Assembly (NCBI GenBank): GCA_009914755.4
Contig: CP086569.2
Location: 15,488,001-15,552,000 of the forward strand
Reading direction: 5' to 3'
Origin: the human T2T-CHM13v2.0 reference genome, Homo sapiens
Length of the DNA: 64,000 bases
Below, in pieces: positions 1 through 12,392 of this stretch; position 1 is the stretch's first letter; each line of letters begins with the position of its first letter. The notes beneath the pieces are model-generated. The model made no database searches and had not been told where the DNA came from. It saw nothing but the letters and a program-made list of their open reading frames with translations. The position numbers and the translations under genes were made by a program.

Positions 1-1004
1 AGTAAGGTTATAAACCTAAAACCCCTAAAAGGTAAAAGAAAATTGAAGAGGCAGTACAAAGACTGTCCTCTCTCAAAGGGTCCCTTCTCATGGAAATAGG
101 CTGCTATTCCAGGTCAGTGGGAGGTGATCCTATGGGAAGCCCATTGTGTATGGCCCATGGCACCATTCCAGCTTAATTGTTCCAATTCCTCCTGTTTCTC
201 TGACTGCACATGAGGTTAAATTAAATATAATTTTCTCAGTTTGCATTTCCCAGGCAGTCATCCTAAGTGGCTTCTTGAAGGCGGTCTGTGCATTCCGCTA
301 TCTAATTCTGTGATGTCCTTTAACTCGAGGGCCAGTGACATGATTATCAGCTCTAGAAGTTCATTCTGTGGTCAGAGATGCTTGTGCAGTGGCCATTTTC
401 TTTCATTATGATCTGGCCTTTCCCAAGCTTCAGAAGTGAAGAGAATTGACTTTCCTACTAATGAGCATTGGCACTTAGGAAGTGAATACTTTATCTTTTG
501 CAGCTAGTGTGTTCTACATTTCTTCAGTGTACCTCCTGCCTGGTAAATATCAGATTATTTGTTGACCATCTCTCAGGGTATAGTTCTTTGTGTTATTAAA
601 TGAGAACCTAGTGGCTTACAAAGCATTGGCTTTTGAGGAGCCACTTTTATCCTAGATGATAACTCAAATCCATACAGTGCTGATATTTACAGCTGGGAGA
701 TGACATTGTCTTATCTTTGGGTCTATTGCTCAAATTTCTGATTTCAGCAGGACTTACTCACTGGCTGCCTTCTGTCTTGGGGATGCCTTTGATCTGTCTT
801 GCCTTGGGGGACCCTCCCTCTGACCTGGATTAGCAGCCTATTTCCACAAGAATGGACCCTCTGAGAGAGGACAGTCTTCGTACTGGCTCTTCCGATTTTC
901 CTTTATCTGTTATGGGTTTTGGGTTTATAAATTTACTCTTAGAATGTCCTTAAAGCTAATAATTTTTTAACGTTCTTTAGCATATTACTAAAAGCTATTC
1001 ATCT

Positions 1005-1128
1005 GCTTGAGAGACTGAGGAAGGAGTGTTGCTTGAGCCTGAAAGATTGAGGCTGCAGTGAGCTGTGATCCTGCCACTGCACTCCAGTCTGGGTGACAGA
1101 GAAAGACCTTGTCTCAAAAAAATAAAAA
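1005..1128 (+). repeat. Alu fragment (right-arm 3' part with A-tail)
   Basis: ...gaggctgcagtgagctgtgatcctgccactgcactccagtctgggtgacagag...aaaaaaataaaaa matches the Alu 3' end consensus. Confidence 0.7.
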
Positions 1129-1129
1129 G

Positions 1130-1352
1130 GACAGGTACAATAGCTCATGCATGTAATCCCAGTACTTTGAGGGGCTGAGGCAGGAGGATTGCTTTAGGCC
1201 AGAGTTCTAGACCAGCCTGCAACATAGGGAGATCCATCTCTTCAAAACATAAAAAATTAATTAGACATGATGGCACATGCCTGTAGTCCCAGCTTCTTGA
1301 GGGGTTGAGACCAGCAGGAGGATTTCTAGGGCCTAGGAGTTCCAGGATGCAA
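1130..1352 (+). repeat. Alu (old, AluJ-like, diverged)
   Basis: gctcatgcatgtaatcccagtactttgaggggctgaggcaggaggattgctt...tggcacatgcctgtagtcccagc. Both Alu monomers are recognisable. Confidence 0.7.
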
Positions 1353-2774
1353 TGAGCAATACTTATGTGGTTAATACATATTGAAACCAGTTGTTGGAGA
1401 ATTAGTATGTGTTCTCCCACAAATTCAGTATGTTTTTGTAATGGTCCAACTAATTCAAATGGTATAAACATAATATAAGCAAATTATTTTATGTTGTTTG
1501 TTTAAAAACCTTTTTGACTGAATCAGTCTATGACGCTTTAGTATTTGAAGTTGTGGGCAGAACTTAGTCTTAAGATAGCACTCACCTTGGTGATAGATTT
1601 CCATGGAGGGAATTTTTGCCAGATGTTAATTTAGCCTGAAGATGTTATAGATGTGGACAGTCACGCCCTCTAAGTCTGGGGTGGGCTAATTGAAAAGAAC
1701 ATGCAGGAACCAGGCTTGTTAAGGGATAAACATAGGGGAAATGGAACAATTATGGCAGAGATTGAATTGGGTTTAATTGGGTTAGGAAGAGTGAAAGAAT
1801 AGATTTTAATAAGAGGTCTGGAAATAGCCAAGAAACCCACTTATTGTAGAAAATGTGTGACATCTGATTACCGTAGTGAAAGAAAGATCCCCCTTCAAAA
1901 ATCCTATCTATACAGAAAGAAGTGGTAGGTAAAAGGAAATCTTCCCATGGATGTATTTAAGAAAAACAGTGGGGAGGTCTGAGATTTCAAAGGGCCATGG
2001 TTCAGATTATAATTCAAAAGAGAGGCAAGTGATAGTTCCCCTCTTCTTGGGTTTCAGGAAGGGGGAAGATTTGGCCACTTGTGAAATAATTTTGGAGCTT
2101 CTATAACCTTGAGCCTTTCTTCTTATTTTTTCCTGGACTTGAGACATAAGGGGATTGATAAGATGGGACCAGAGAAAAAGCAGGTTTTGAAATGCCTTTT
2201 TTGATTCTGTTCATTTCTGGAATTCTTCATCATGGTCCTTAAAGAGTACATATTTGTTCCTGATACACAACATGCAGTGGTCTATTAATGAAGCTTTATT
2301 TCCTCAGCTAGGTTGCCTCCTCCATTAATTTGTGGGATTTTAGATGAAAACTTACTTGAACTGTGGTTTTCTCTGTGTTTGTGAATGGAAGGACATGTTT
2401 GTCTTTGACCTTCCTTTAGTTTCACATCTTAGTCTTAATATTTAAGTAGCTTTGTTTCAGACAGAGAAGGACCATGCGTTCAGTTGCTGGGACTGCTCTC
2501 TAGGTTAGAGGCTTTCTGGTCTTGGGGAAGATTCCCCACAAACTAAGCAAGTGGCATAGATGCTTAATATTCTAAGTGAGAGAAGCACTAGAGTTTTTTA
2601 TTCATTACTTGTGAGCGCAGATGTGGCCTCTGGGGAAGCTCAGCTGAGGTGGTCTCATGTTCCACCAAAGGTCACCAGAGAGAGATGGCCAGGAAGACAG
2701 GAAGACTTGTCTCACCTGGGAGGGTATGGCAACAGCTATGCAAGACCTCTTGTTGGAGATATGTGACATTCATT

Positions 2775-3067
2775 CATTTATTTATTTTTTGAAACATAGT
2801 TTCATTCTTTCACCCAGGCTGAAGTACAGTGGCACGATCAGGGCTCACTGCAACTTCCCTGTCTCGAGCTCAAGCCATTCTCCCACCTCAGCCTCCTGAG
2901 TAGCTAGGACAGCAGGCAGGTACCACTCTGTCCAGGTAATTTTTAAAATCTTTTTAGAAACAAGGTATTGCCATGTTGCCCAGGCTGGTCTGGAACTCCT
3001 AGGCTCCACTCCCGCATTGGCCTCCAAAAGTGCTGGTATTGCAGGGATGAGCCTTGGTGCCTGGCCC
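2775..3067 (-). repeat. Alu (antisense)
   Basis: A T-run is followed by gaaacatagtttcattctttcacccaggctgaagtacagtggc ... gggatgagccttggtgcctggcc, the reverse complement of the Alu consensus. Confidence 0.8.
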
Positions 3068-3466
3068 ATTTATTCTTAAGTACTTATGCTCAGGGCAGGT
3101 CTTCCAAGGGAAGAAAAGAACAGCCAGATAAGACTCGTATGAGATAGCTGAGGAGGCGGCATTTCATCCTTCTATGCATATCCTCCTTATCCACAAGCAG
3201 AATGCTGTCCTACAACCATTGCTGTCCCCATTAGGTCATGATAGGTAGACATGCAGGTGATGACCACAGACTGGCAGTTAGCCAAGGATTCTCAGTGTTG
3301 CACGTTGCATGGGTGAGTGTGTGTGACGGATGCCTCTGGCAGTTTGGTGGAAAATTGGTACGTTTTGTAAAAATGATATGTTTAAGTCTTCTAATAAGGT
3401 AAATACTCATAAGAGGAAGTCAGTTTTATTGAAATAGTTAGCACATATATTAATATTAATATTTAA

Positions 3467-3613
3467 GGCCAGGTGCATTGACTCATTCTTGTAAATCCCA
3501 GCATTTGGGGATGCTGAGGTGAGAAGATCTCTTGAGGCCAGGAGTTCAAGTTGCCAGCCTGGACAACAAAGGGAGACTATTTCTACAAACAATAAAATAA
3601 AAAAAAATAAAAG
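3467..3613 (+). repeat. Alu left-monomer-like fragment (FLAM-type) with A-rich tail
   Basis: ggccaggtgcattgactcattcttgtaaatcccagcatttggggatgctgaggtgagaagatctcttgaggccaggagttcaag... followed by an A-rich tail. Confidence 0.65.
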
Positions 3614-3849
3614 ATATATTTAAACTGGGCTGTAGTAATACATGTGTATCTTTATTGTATATTAAGTAGCTGGATCTACTTATGAGGTTCATACTAGTCA
3701 CAATTTCTTAGTACAATTGAGTTTAAACAATATTTTGGGGTATTTGTCCTACCAACATTGATAATGGAAGAAAATACTAAATTTCAGTGCACGGTAATGA
3801 AACTAAACATGTAATTCCTTTTTCCCATTGCAGTTAGTAGAACCCATAG

Positions 3850-4000
3850 AATGTATCTAAAGACACCTAGGTGGCAAAAGGTAAATGCTTGAGGGTATGA
3901 TACCCCATTCTCCATGATGTGATTGCATACCTGTATCAAAATATCTCATGTACCTCATAAATATATATACATGCTGTGTACCCACAAAAATAAATAAAGA
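3850..4000 (+). repeat. L1 (older L1PB/L1M-type) 3'-end fragment
   Basis: ataccccattctccatgatgtgattgcatacctgtatcaaaatatctcatgtacctcataaatatatatacatgctgtgtacccacaaaaataaataaag resembles the extreme 3' UTR of older primate L1 families. Confidence 0.5.
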
Positions 4001-5192
4001 GGAAACTTGGATGGGATTGGGATTTTTGATGTTAGGGTGGAGAACGTCTGCATTGAGGATTGTGTAGAGGGAAGAGTTTTGATTTATTATACCCGTTTCT
4101 TTAAAAAAACAAAACAAAACCAAAAAAAACCTGCATGTGATGTGAGGAATTTTGCCAGAGGTGGGGAACGTGAAACTCACTAGTTGAAAACATTCTATAC
4201 TGAGGTAATTTTTTTATGTCAAAAAGAAAGTGAAGAGTGTGGCAGATTAAAATCTTCATGTTATTTGCATTTTACAAGCTTGGAAGTCTCAATATCAATT
4301 ATTATTGACTGCTATTTACTGCAATTTTTGACACAAAACATACTTCATTTTAATGAACTTTGCCTTGTTTGAATGTTCGTAAGACTTTGGAGGGAGTTTT
4401 AGAAAGAGATAGTTGCCTTTGATCCCTGAAGTATATTATTTGGTCTATCCTGATTCTGTCTCTTGACTTTGCACTTGTCTTTCCTGAACTCTGTTTAAAA
4501 GAAGCTTTTTTTTATGCCTCTTTTCTTCCTTCCTATTCTAATATGAGATACAGAGGTTTTTATGGGTAACATCTTGTCTATATGCCAGATTGTGGAAGCC
4601 TTGGTTGTTACCCAGGGATGGAAGGTCTGATCTCAGTTAAGTTCTGACCCTAGGATAAGAAGCCCCTCTGGAGTAACTGACTCAGTGGGGTAGAGCCTAT
4701 TTTCACAAATTAATATTCCTGTCTGGGGATGGCAGTGAAAACATTTTGGGCAGTGGGTGGAAATGATAATGTTCAAGCCTGAAGATGAAGTTTGCCTTTT
4801 CTCGGAGCTTGTACAGTGTCATACTCCGGAAATAAACTGTGTGGGAAAGGTGGTGTTTAGTAACCTAGAGCTGTACACCTTGCAAGGCCCTCATCTTGTC
4901 ATTCTGCACTGTAAGAAGCACATGAAGAAAGAGTGTAGGCTGTCAGAGAGAGCGTCACACTGAAGTAGGCACTTCTTACATACAGCTGTCTGCCTAAAAT
5001 AGAGTAACTTTAGCAAATAGGATCTGTGATATAGAAATTGGAAACTCTAGCCAGGGTTGTGAAAAATGGAGCTGGGGTCACAGGTGGTGGACTGGAAAAC
5101 GTTCTGAAGAAACTCAGCTTTTTGGATATTGTACAGTTCATTAGGGGAGCTATGAGAAGCAGTTATGAAGCTCCTTATGAACGAAACGTAGA

Positions 5193-5480
5193 GGCCGGGT
5201 GCATTGGCTCACACCTGTAATCCCAGCGCTTTCGGAGGCTGAGGCGGGCAGATCATGAGGTCAGGTGATTGAGACCATCCTGGCCAACATGGTGAAGCCC
5301 CGGCTCTACTAAAAACACAAAAATTAGCTGGGAGTGGTGTTGCATGCCTGTAATCACAGCTACACAGAAGGCTGAGGCAGGAGAATCGCTTGAACCAGGG
5401 AGTTAGTAGTTGCAGTGAACCGAGATCACACCACTGCATTCCAGCCTAGCAACAGAGGAAATCTCTGTCTTAAAAAAAGA
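5193..5480 (+). repeat. Alu (AluS/Y-like) with A-rich tail
   Basis: ggccgggtgcattggctcacacctgtaatcccagcgctttcggaggctgaggcgggcagatcatgaggtcagg ... gcctagcaacagaggaaatctctgtcttaaaaaaag. Confidence 0.9.
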
Positions 5481-6832
5481 AACAAAGAAACAAAAACAAA
5501 GAAAGAGACATAGAAACATACCCATCAGTGTTACTCAGGAGGGTTCTGGTTCCTGTTTTGCACTTGGCAGTACACACTTGTTCTTGTCCACATTATCCTC
5601 CATCTGTCCACATGATCAACCATCTGCAGTCCCACCACCAGCCAAGGGTCGTGCCAGGTCAGAAGTACTACTCCAGGTCAAACTGTGTTATTTTGAAATG
5701 GAGTTATTTGTTATTGTTGTTCTTACTCAAACTAGCAGTTTTCCTTTGTAGAAGAACTCGGTTTCCACTCTGGGTTAAATATTTCGTTTATGTGATCAAG
5801 ATTATCTCTGTCCATCAGATACAGCAGTGAGAAACCCTTTTATAGGAAATGGGGTTAAAAGTGACAGGATATCTATAATTGTTTATTTTGTTTGCTAAAT
5901 TGCAGGTAAATATATTCGCAGAACTAGTTTTGATAACCTTTTTAAAAATAGGCTTATTTGACGTTGGCTGAAACTAAGACTCTAGAACTTTACTGCTACA
6001 TCAATGAATGACAAGTCTCTCTATTCAGCATGAAATCCCTGCAGACAAAAACCACAGGGACTACATCATGAAGGCTATGAGAATTTTATGGTGGAAACCT
6101 GAGTGAAGCAGGTGGTAGAAGAATCTAATGTAGTACCATGCCCACAGGAGATGATCTAAGAATGCCCTCACACCTAACCTTGCAAGTTTTCTACCTTCTG
6201 TGTCTTGGTTTCCTCTAATTTCTTTGTCTCTTTTCTCCCTTTTAATTTAATAGGGTTTGCTGAAGACTTTCTCTCTTCCAAGGTCAAGTGTTAGTCATCT
6301 CTGGGCTTTGCCGTTAGATACTCATCATAGTCTAACAATGAATGTAAGCACTGAGGAAGTAAGTAATGGTGACAATGTGGATGTTCCTTTTGGTATCATT
6401 TTTCTCATGCTCTGTAAATCTTGGTGGTCTCATATTCATATTATTGAATACCAATGCTTAACCCCTCTCTGCCGTCTTTACAGAAGTCCCCTGGTCTACC
6501 TCTCTCTACGTGTCTAAAATTGTAGAATTGTCTTCTAGACACTCTATTGCAAATTCCCTTCTGCACAAGCCCAACATTTCACAGAAGGAGCAGGTGGGGG
6601 GCAATGAAAGAGAGCATGGCTCAATTGTAGCAATTGAAAGGCAAGCTTTGTCTCATCAGCTGCAGTGTTTACTACTTGAGGATGGGAATTTGATTGGTGT
6701 ATCTTTACATTTTATCAAAGTGGGTTTCACCATGGAAGCATTCAGTGGTACCTCAGTGAATAATTATAATTAGCTAGGATTTCTTTGGAGGATATTTATT
6801 GTTCTAAATTTGTATATATTTATATGTACATA

Positions 6833-7216
6833 CTGTATTAGTTCATTTTCATGCTGCTGATAAAGACATAACTGAGACTGGGTAATTTATAAAGTAAAAG
6901 AGGTTTAATAAACTCATAGTTCTTTGTGGTTGGGAGGCCTCACAGTCCTGGCAAAAGGCAAGGGAAGAACAAAGGCACATCTTACATGGCAACAGGCAAA
7001 AAGAGAGAGCTTGTGCAGGGGAACTCCTCTTTAAAAAACCATCAGATCTTGTGACCTCATAGTTCACATGAGAACATGACAATGAATAAGTCATGGGTGG
7101 AAACTGCCCCCATGTTTCAATTATCTCCCACTGGGTCCCTCCCCTTACATGTGGGAATTATGAGAGCTACAATTCTAGATGAGATTTGTGTGGAGACACA
7201 GCCAAACCATGTCACA
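6833..7216 (-). repeat. THE1/MST-type MaLR solo LTR (antisense)
   Basis: tgtattagttcattttcatgctgctgataaagacataactgagactgggtaatttataaag ... gggaattatgagagctacaattctagatgagatttgtgtggagacacagccaaaccat is the reverse complement of the THE1 consensus (TGATATGGTTTGGCTGTGTCC...GACTAATACA). Confidence 0.75.
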
Positions 7217-7328
7217 TACATATGCATATCTTTATGTAGGGGATCTTTATGTAAGGTATGTGAATACAGGTGTGTATATTCATATACTCTTGTACTTTCT
7301 CAAACACATACCATAGAATGTGTAATAA

Positions 7329-8995
7329 TGTGTCTGGAATTGGTGGGTTCTTGGTCTCACTGACTTCAAGAATGAAGCTGCGGACCCTCGCGGTGAGTGT
7401 TATAGCTCTTAAGGTGGCGCGTCTGGAGTCTGTCCCTTCTGATGTTCAGATGTGTTCAGAGTTTCTTCCTTCTGGTGGGTTCGTGGTCTCGCTGGCTCAG
7501 GAGTGAAGCTGCAGACCTTCGCGGTGAGTGTTACAGCTCTTAAGATAGTGCATCTGGAGTTGTTCATTACTCCTGGTGGGCTCGTGGTCTTGCTGGGCTC
7601 AGGAGTGAAGCTGCAGATCTTCACAGTGAGTGTTACAGCTCATAAAAGCAGCGTGGACCCAAAGAGTGAGCAGTAGCAAGATTTATTGCAAAGAGCAAAA
7701 GAGCAAAGCTTCCACAGTGTGGAAGGGGACCCGAGTGGGTTGCCAATGCTGGCTCAGGCAGCCTGCTTTTATTCTCTTATCTGGCCCCACCCACATCCTG
7801 CTAATTGTAGAGCCGAGTGGCCTGTTTTGTCAGGGCGCTGATTGGTGCATTTACAGTGCCTGAGCTAGATACAAAGGTTCTCCATGTCCCCATCAGATTA
7901 GTTAGATACAGAGTTTCGACACACAGGTTCTCCAAGGCCCCACCAGAGCAGCTAGATACAGAGTGTCGATTGGTTCATTCACAAACCTTGAGCTAAACAC
8001 AGGGTGCTGATTGGTGTATTTACAATCCTCGAGCTAGATACAGAGTGCCGATTGGTGTATTTACAATCCCTGAGCTAGACATAAAGGTTCTCCACGTCCT
8101 CACCAGAGCAGCTAGATACAGAGTGTCGACTGGTGCACTCACAAACCTTGAGCTAAACACAGGGTGCTGATTGGTGTATTTACAATCCCTGAGCTAGATA
8201 TAAAGACTCTCCACGTCCTCACAAGAGCAGCTAGATACAGTGTCGATTGGTGCACTCACAAACCTTGAGCTAAACACAGGGTGCTGACTGATGTATTTAC
8301 AATCCCTGAGCTACATATAAAGATTCTCCACGTCCCCACCAGACTCAGGAACCCAGCTGGCTTCACCTAGTGGATCCCACACCGAGGCTGCAGGTGGAGC
8401 TCCCTGCCAGTCCTGCACCATGCGCTCACATTCCTCAGCCCTTGGGTGGTCGATGGGACTAGGCGCTGTGGAGCATGGGGTGGTGCTCCTTGGGGAGGCT
8501 CGGGCCGCACAGGAGCCCATGGAGTGGGTGGGAGGCTCAGACATGGTGGGCTGCAGGTCCTGAGCCCTGCCGCATGGGAAGGCAGCTGAGGCCCAGCTAG
8601 AAATTGAGTGCAGCGCCAGTGGGCCAGCACTGCTGGGGGACTCAGTACACCCTCTGCTGCCACTGGCCCGAGTGCTAAGTCCCCCATTGCCCGGGGCCAG
8701 CAGCGCTGGCCGGCTGCTCCGAGTGCGGGGCCCGCCAAGCCCACGCCCACCCGGAACTCCAGCTGGCCCACAAGTGCTGCACGCAGCCCCAGTTCCTGCT
8801 CACTCCTCTCCCTCCACACCTCCCTGCAAGCTGAAGGAGTGGGCTCCAGCCTTGGCCAGCCCAGAAAAGGGCTCCCACAGTGCAGTGGAGGGGCTGAAGG
8901 GCCCCTCAAATGCCACCAAAGTGGGAGCCCAGGCAGGGGAGGTGACGAGAGCCAGCGAGGGCTCTGAGGACTGCCAGCATGCTGTCACCTCTCAA
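7329..8995 (-). repeat. LTR12-type 3' LTR of the HERV9 provirus (U3 with tandem GATTGG/CCAAT repeats, R with AATAAA, U5)
   Basis: On the + strand tttatt at ~7683 corresponds to AATAAA on the minus strand. Repeated ~40-bp units of the form gctgattggtgtatttacaatccctgagctagata(c/t)a run through 7840-8330. A GC-rich U3 5' part lies at 8340-8995. Confidence 0.85.
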
Positions 8996-9003
8996 TCCCC
9001 CCT

Positions 9004-10860
9004 CTAAACAGGACACCCCAACTGCTGTTGGGAATTTGGCCAATGACCGCTTTGGCTACTTCCTGCTGCATAGGGGTGAAGAAGGGGCCCTGAAGTTGTG
9101 GTATCCTTCAGAGGGGAACTCTCTAGGCCAGGGGAAGTGCCAGCAAGTCGGTCCAGGGGTCCTCGGTAGAAGTTGTTAGTTGAACTCATTTGGGGTTCCA
9201 TTTGTAAGACCATCTGTAGCTTGATGGCCTCAATTCTAGAGGAAACAAACTTGACAAGAAGGTTAAAAATACAGGGCCCAAAGGCGAGTAACAGCAAGAT
9301 GGCTGCCACAGGACCTAGAAAGGGGAGAAGCCATGTTGCCCAACTCCAGAGGTTGGTATAAGAATTTGAAAGGCGTTGTCTGATTTCAGAAGCCTTTTCC
9401 AGTAAACGCCGGGCAGCATCTCGTACTATCCCTGATTAGTTAGTGTAAAAACAACACTCTTCCCCTAAGAAGGTGCAGAGTCCTCCTTTCTCAGCAGTGA
9501 GGCAGTCTAGACCTCGGCGGTTTTGGAGAGTCACTGCTGCCAAAGAGTCTATTTGGGATTGTAAAGTAAGAAGATTTTGTTATTTCTTGCAAACTATCTG
9601 ACAAATCGTTTGAGAGTGTGTGGTAGTAGGATAATGAAGTTGATAGACCAGCTATTCTGGTTCCTGTAGCAGTAGCCATTCCTAACACTATAAGTAGGGG
9701 TATTAGTTGTACGGCTCTGCGCTGACGGACTTGAGCTTTGAGGGGTACTGATAAGGTCTGATTTCCTGGGACAATGTTAATGTTAGGACTTAGAAAGACT
9801 AAGGTGCATGTGCCTGTCCAGTTAGTGGGGAGGCAGATATAGGTTGACATTCCACATAAGAAGAATATGCCTTGGCTGGGTAGACAGAACTGGTTATGTA
9901 TGTTAAAAAAGGTGTGTGAGTTTGTTGTTTTCATTTTCCCATACTCCTAGAGTACTTGCCAAGGTACCTCCAGTGAGCAGCTGGAAAGGGGTGTTGGGAG
10001 AAAACTGAGTGGCTCCCTGTGTTCTATTTTCCCATCGGAGAAAAAAATGTTTTGTATCCACTAGGAACCATCTGATAGAGTGATTGAAAGAGGGGATGAG
10101 AAGGCATTCACTAGTGGTAGGGGCGCTGTTGCAGGGAGTCCAGGGGTGATTGGTCATGCAGGGAGTATGTTTGCCATTGCAAAACCTGGACTGTTTGTTC
10201 ACCAGGGAGGAGGTGATGATTTTGGGGGGCACTGAGAAGCAGAGAAGGCATCAGAATGGAGCTGTTTGGGTGACTCAAAAGTTACTATGATCATTTGGAG
10301 CTTGAAGTTGTAAGGTGTAATTACACTGATGCGTTGGTAGGTGCCGCAGAGGCAGGCCTGATAACAGGTTGCATTGGATGCATAAAGGGGCTTGGAAAGT
10401 TAAGATAGTGTTCGTGGTTACAAGGCTTTTCATTGCTTGTGTAATAGGTGAGGTTGGAAATGTAAGAACATAAAATTTGGGTTGCACGTCCTGTTAGGGT
10501 ACTTTTGGTCCCATCAGATATTGGGAAGTCAGCCAATGATTGCATATTTAGAAGTTGGAAAGGGTCTTTTCCTTCGTAACGAGGGTGGAAGGTCAAGTTG
10601 GTAAAGACCCAGTTTTTTGCAGGAATGGGAGTGGCAACGTAGGCAGAGGTTGATAGAGAGATACACAGCCAACAGTCATTTGCCAGGGAAGTATTGGACT
10701 GGTTTAACAGAGTGTGAGTTAAGTTGAGAGTCTTGTAGAGGTAATTAGGAGCTAGTGAAAGGGGAGGGGTGATTGTATGAGGTTTCCAAGGAAGCAGGAG
10801 GGATACACAGGCAAAGAGCAAATAGGAAGGTAAAGAGGGTGCTCCAGAAAATGAGATCAT
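9004..10860 (-). pseudogene. env remnant (SU + TM) of HERV9 provirus, split by frameshifts/stops
   Basis: ORF 10321-10860 carries a signal peptide plus the CWLC motif. ORF 9491-9934 carries RQRR|AVQLIPLLIVLGMATATG, a furin site followed by a fusion peptide. The reverse complement of 9440-9490 encodes [17 protein letters not shown], an immunosuppressive-domain motif. ORF 9004-9309 carries the ILLLLAFGPCIFNLLVKFV membrane anchor. Confidence 0.8.
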
Positions 10861-11018
10861 TTTATCTAGTCTGAGTTAGAGGTAGGAGTAAATTACTGTC
10901 AAAAGGAAGGAAGATAGAAAGGAGGTTGATGTGATTAGGATTTTCATTCTGGCAGGAGCTAGAGTATATTGTCCTATCACAAAGAGTATGGTTAGTGTGC
11001 TGTTTTCACTTATCTTTT

Positions 11019-12296
11019 TTAAGGAGGAAGAGGTCTTTCCTCAGGATCAGTGGTAGGAGCCTTTTTAGTCTGGGATGTTTCCTTCTGAAATAAGAGGTGC
11101 AAGTCCTCCAACGGTTCGCAGGTGTATCGAAGCTGGTCTGGCTGATCTTGGGACTCCTGAGCTGATGATCCAGCAGGTTCCTCAGGAGATGTCCAAAGTT
11201 TAACTCGGGTGTGGTGAATCCAAGTTTCCACTCCTGCCATGTTAACTGCAATGGGAGTAGAGAGGATTATAGAGTATGGTCCTTCCCACAAAGAGTCCAT
11301 AGATGGGGAGGTAGAGGGAAGAGATTTGACCAACACTAGATCTCCTGGTTGAAACAACTCTGTTCCCTGTTCTCTGTGACATCCTTCAGGTAGATTTTTA
11401 AGGTTTTGTTGATATTTTGCCAAAGTTATATCTTTGACAAAGTTGGCCATTTCCTGATTGAGTAGGAGGTCATTTGTGAGAAAAGGTCGCCCATACAGCA
11501 TTTCATATGGACTGAGCCCTATTTTGTGGGGAGAATTTCGAATTCTCAACAAGGCCATGGGCAAAAGAGTAGGCCATGGGAGGTGAGTTTCTTGTGTTAG
11601 TTTCCTTAAGTGCCTCTTGAGTGTTTGATTTGCCTTCTCAACCTTCCCAGAGGATTGTGGCCTCCAGGAGCAATGAAGGCGATATTGTATCCCTAGTGCC
11701 TTGGAGATTCCCTGAGTTATCGTGGCTTTAAAAGCTGGAACATTCTCACTCTGTAAGCTTTGGGGAAGCCTGAATCTAGGAATTATTAGGACTTTAATCA
11801 CTTCCTGAGCCTTCTCTGTCTTGTAAGAGAAAGCTTCTATCCAATTTGTAAAGGTATCAACACAGACCAACAAGTATTGAAATCCCTTTGACTTAGGCAT
11901 ATGGGAGAAGTCTAACTGCCAGTCCTCTCCGGGATAGTGACCTATTCTTTGTTCCCCCACAGGGGCCTTATGATATACCAAGGGATAATTCTTTTGGCAC
12001 ACCTCACAGGCTTTGACTACCTGTCAGATGGTCTGGAGGAGATTTGGCCCTGTAAATAGGGATTTGGCCATTTGATTAGTGTTTTCAATACCCATATGAA
12101 AAGTTTGGTGGAGGGTCTTAAGTATTTTCCACTGGCTGCCTTCCGGTATAAGTACCTTTCCTTCTTCTGTCACCAACCACCCTGAAGGGAGAAAACTATG
12201 CCCCCATGAAAGTCCCCATTCTGTTTCAGTCCGGGAATACTGGGGCTTCATCTCCTGGAGGGGGTTGTTCCATACCAAGGGTCCTTCCATAGGCAT
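11019..12296 (-). pseudogene. pol integrase region (open 327-aa IN ORF 11019-12002 plus upstream HHCC zinc-finger/RNaseH remnant 12024-12296)
   Basis: The ORF contains WQLDFSHMP, LLVCVDTFTNWIEAF and SSGKVEKANQTLK, which form the DDE catalytic core of a gamma-retroviral integrase. Upstream is LHQTFHMGIENTNQ, an HHCC motif. Upstream of that, TETEWG resembles the RNaseH N-terminus. Confidence 0.8.
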
Positions 12297-12392
12297 TTCT
12301 AATGGGACATTCCTCCTGGCAGCAGCTTTGACCTCAGCATCTGCCTGATGGTTTCCTTCTGCCTTTTCTCCTTCACCTTTCTGATGGCTTTG

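Noticed and set aside
7840-8330. Regularly spaced ~40-bp direct repeats that superficially resemble a CRISPR array (also 16090-16730)
   Set aside because: This is eukaryotic DNA. The repeats are the well-known U3 tandem CCAAT/GATTGG enhancer units of LTR12. The spacers are themselves repeat-derived and near-identical, and there are no cas genes.
8367-8909. 180-aa minus-strand ORF (and overlapping + strand ORFs 8608-9007), mirrored by a 167/198-aa ORF pair at 16860-17456 and by 45751-46473 ORFs
   Set aside because: All lie in the GC-rich U3 part of LTR12 copies. They have Pro/Ala/Gly/Arg-rich low-complexity translations, are open on both strands simultaneously as is typical of GC-rich DNA, and their apparent conservation is simply LTR-to-LTR identity. 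They are not genes.
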